A stretch of DNA of 64,000 bases, from NCBI GenBank assembly GCA_965222155.1, contig CBDCTH010000012.1, positions 1 to 64,000 on the forward strand, given 5' to 3'. Shown piece after piece: positions 61,281-64,000 of this stretch. The position numbers and the translations under genes were made by a program. The notes under the pieces are model-generated. The model had not been told where the DNA came from. It made no database searches and saw nothing but the letters and a program-made list of their open reading frames with translations. Source of the stretch: Gammaproteobacteria bacterium (GTDB lineage: Bacteria; Pseudomonadota; Gammaproteobacteria; Eutrophobiales; Eutrophobiaceae). How positions within the stretch are numbered: the stretch's first letter is position 1; each line of letters starts with the position of its first letter.

Positions 61281-63368
61281 TTGACGCCCGCGCGCTGGTT
61301 CAGAGTACGATCCCAAGTGGAGAGACTGCCGATGCTTGATTCAGTGTCGCCCAGGTCAGCAGACGCTTCCCGCATGATTGCCGTCTCCCTGTGTCTGCTG
61401 ACCTTGATGGTGTATCGGGTGAGTGCCGACGAGATCATTGATGCGCACGACATCGTGCGGCAGATAGCACCGGCCGATCCCGGTTTGAACAACACGCGCG
61501 GGATCGGAGTCGAATACGCATCACCGGCAGATGATTTCCGCAGAATTGCCTTGCCTGCTATTGAATTCGAGTTCAATTCCGACCGGTTGACAAACCGGGC
61601 CATACGGCAATTGGTTGAATTGGCCCGGGCATTGAGAGCGGAGAAGCTCCAATCCTTTTTCTTCGCGGTACAAGGGCATACCGACAGTATCGGGGGTGAA
61701 ATCTACAATCGCGGGCTTTCCTGGCGTCGGGCCCGCACGGTAAAGCGCTATCTCTCCCGGGAGCAGGGGTTGTCCGAGAACCGTCTTGTGGAGGTCGGGC
61801 TGGGGGAAGGGTTTCCCATCGCGGGCATCCCGTCGGATGACGAACGCAACCGACGTGTCGAAGTGGTGAACCTGGGTTCGACGCCAACCCCTCCGGCGGC
61901 GGCCCCTGCGGGTGAAGGGAAGCGGGTACGGACGAAACGAGCCCTCCTGATCGGGATAGATAAATACGAACAGGTCTCCCGCCTGAACGGACCCGTGAAC
62001 GATGCCAGACAAATGCGGGACTTTATCTCAGAGTATCTCCAGTACGACCCCGAGCAAGACATCAAGCTGTTGTTTGATGAAGATGCGACCCGGGCCAACA
62101 TCCTGGCTGAGATAGAGAACTGGCTCATCGCGCCGACCGTGTCGGGCGATGAGGTCTTCCTGTTCTTCAGCGGCCATGGCTACCAACAATCGGACCACAA
62201 CCTGGATGAGGCGGATGGACTGGATGAGACCTGGGTGCCGGTGGATGTGGCCGTGCAGAAAGATGGTAGCGTTCAGGGAATGATCACAGACGACGAGATC
62301 GCGCAGCAGTTGGTTCGGTTGCAGGGAAGGGAAGTCTACATCGTGATCGATGCCTGCCATTCCGGTACGGTAACGCGCAGTATTGGCGATTGGCGCTATG
62401 TGAAAACCCCTCATCTGCCCGATGGGCGGCCACTTCGTCTGCCGGCGTCTGGCGCAGACGCACGGACGCGCGGGGTGGGAAACACCGGATTCCAGCCCGA
62501 ACAATTCGTCTCTGCCGAGGCGCCTGGTGTCACCGTCTGGACGGCAGTCAGGGCGGACCAGAAGGCGCTCGTGGACGAGGAGACGCCTGAACACAATCGC
62601 AGCAGTGTGTTTACCCGACGCTTGCTTTGGGGCGTACGCGACGGCAGGGCGGACTGGAACCGGGACGGCATCGTGATAAGACGCGAGCTGCAAAGTTATG
62701 TTCTCAAGCAGTCGTTAGCGTACTGCGAGCGGCATAAAACCACTTGTGACCCCAGCCGCGGTTTAACACCGCAGTTCTATGCATCCACGGCGCAAGTTTT
62801 TCAAGAGCCCGCCTTTGGGCTGACGCGCACGGCCCTGCCGCGGGCTGCTGCTCTGGCCAAGGATATCCTCATCAGTCCGCCCGACAATAATGGTATACCG
62901 AGCGAAGATCGGTTGCGGTTGAGCATGAAACCGGCATCGAAGATAAGGGTTGGCGCCGAACTCGAGATCGTGGTCGAGAGTGATAGAGACGGGCATCTTG
63001 TCTTGCTTGACATCGACGCGAATAATCGCTTGGTGCAAGTGTTTCCCAACGAACCCGGCCTTAAAGCGGGCTTCTCCCCTTGGATTCAGGCGGGGCGGCC
63101 GATGACTATCCCAGGAGAAGGCGCCGGGTTCCGATACCGTGCCACGCCTCCGACAGGACGCGGCGAATTGATCGCCGTGGTCTCAAAAGAAAATCCCCGC
63201 GTAGGGAAATTGACCTCAAGATACAAGGATCTGTCTGTCGTTCCAGATTCGGAGGCCTACCTTGTCGAGTTATGGGAAGCGTTGCGCCGCGGAGCGGCAG
63301 AGCAAGAGGACAGGGCTCATAGCGAGTGGATCATGGGAAAAATCAAGTACGAAATCGTTTCTCAGTAA
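61281..63368 (+). CDS. OmpA-like / caspase-like (peptidase C14) / DUF4384 fusion protein; start may be 61332 or 61374
   Basis: FEFNSD...QGHTD...YNRGLSWRRA...NRRVEV (OmpA C-terminal domain); RALLIGIDKY, FSGHG, DACHSG (His-Cys dyad); C-terminal LVQVFPN...PPTGRGELIAV. Confidence 0.9.
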   Translation: MTPARWFRVRSQVERLPMLDSVSPRSADASRMIAVSLCLLTLMVYRVSADEIIDAHDIVRQIAPADPGLNNTRGIGVEYASPADDFRRIALPAIEFEFNSDRLTNRAIRQLVELARALRAEKLQSFFFAVQGHTDSIGGEIYNRGLSWRRARTVKRYLSREQGLSENRLVEVGLGEGFPIAGIPSDDERNRRVEVVNLGSTPTPPAAAPAGEGKRVRTKRALLIGIDKYEQVSRLNGPVNDARQMRDFISEYLQYDPEQDIKLLFDEDATRANILAEIENWLIAPTVSGDEVFLFFSGHGYQQSDHNLDEADGLDETWVPVDVAVQKDGSVQGMITDDEIAQQLVRLQGREVYIVIDACHSGTVTRSIGDWRYVKTPHLPDGRPLRLPASGADARTRGVGNTGFQPEQFVSAEAPGVTVWTAVRADQKALVDEETPEHNRSSVFTRRLLWGVRDGRADWNRDGIVIRRELQSYVLKQSLAYCERHKTTCDPSRGLTPQFYASTAQVFQEPAFGLTRTALPRAAALAKDILISPPDNNGIPSEDRLRLSMKPASKIRVGAELEIVVESDRDGHLVLLDIDANNRLVQVFPNEPGLKAGFSPWIQAGRPMTIPGEGAGFRYRATPPTGRGELIAVVSKENPRVGKLTSRYKDLSVVPDSEAYLVELWEALRRGAAEQEDRAHSEWIMGKIKYEIVSQ

Positions 63369-63507
63369 GGTGGCCCATGGCGTTGAACAGTCCTGACACA
63401 AACTTTCGGCCCGCATTTCCCATAAACAGAGGCATCCTTGCTGGGTTGCTATGGCAACAAAGGGACAAACTCATAGCAACTCATCGACAATAGCGGATTT
63501 TTTATTC

Positions 63508-64000
63508 ATGACCAGTGATTTTATCAGAACAGTGGACCGGCTCTGCCCTGACAGCATTGAGCGCGGCAGGCATCAAGTGTGGTTCCTGTGTCTTGTCATG
63601 TGGATGGCGCTAACAGGCGCCCCAGCGTCGGTGGAGGCGCAAGGCCTCAGCCAGTTGCGTAATTCTTCGCGGAACCTGACACGTCATAGCCTTGAAGCGA
63701 TCCGCACGATCATCCGACCCACACTCGGCATCGTCCAAGGGCGGGCTGGTGCCGTTACCGGACTGCATCTCAATAATGACCGGAGTCTGCTGCTTGTGGT
63801 GCTCGGGGACGGAAGCGTGCGTTTTTGGGATTTGGAACGCGGTGTGCAGCTCGGTTCCGCGATCGGGCGCACACTTGTTTCGGGTGCGTTTCGTGGGGGC
63901 GGGAGCGATGCCGTCGCGGTGCGCCGCGAGGGTTCCCTGGTCCTGGTTCAGGCAGACGGAACAATCCGACGTCTACGGGAGAGTACAGGCGCTTCCCCAA
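63508..64000 (+). CDS. Secreted WD40-repeat protein (3' truncated by window edge)
   Basis: Open frame from ATG 63508 to the window end: signal-like WFLCLVMWMALTGAPASVEA|Q, then AVTGL...LLVVLGDGSVRFWDL. Confidence 0.75.
   Translation, partial: MTSDFIRTVDRLCPDSIERGRHQVWFLCLVMWMALTGAPASVEAQGLSQLRNSSRNLTRHSLEAIRTIIRPTLGIVQGRAGAVTGLHLNNDRSLLLVVLGDGSVRFWDLERGVQLGSAIGRTLVSGAFRGGGSDAVAVRREGSLVLVQADGTIRRLRESTGASP

Overview
Gammaproteobacterial-type chromosome segment, judged from the ffs-dnaX-ybaB-recR, orn and leuB-asd-fimV-truA-trpF-trpB synteny. The gene mix is compatible with a marine or host-associated lineage, but that is inference. The window has five parts. (1) An ACAD/phosphotransferase/SDR acyl-CoA block. 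(2) A compact serine-cycle cluster (sga-mcl-mtkAB-hpr-ppc). (3) Housekeeping and catabolic genes interspersed with several families of REP/MITE hairpins, some of which lie inside genes or supply start and stop codons. (4) A ~21-kb AT-richer defence island: HigA, RloAB, VapBC, hairpin-flanked single genes broken by two IS5 copies and an IS630, a decayed group II intron inside one IS5, a DUF262 stub and a complete Zorya type I system. (5) After trpB, a cell-envelope cluster encoding a beta-barrel protein, two DUF4384 proteins, an OmpA-caspase-DUF4384 fusion and a WD40 protein that share recurring R/K-D-L/I and TRG motifs; this is the best candidate for an undescribed system. All family calls rest on motif recognition by eye; no database searches were run.
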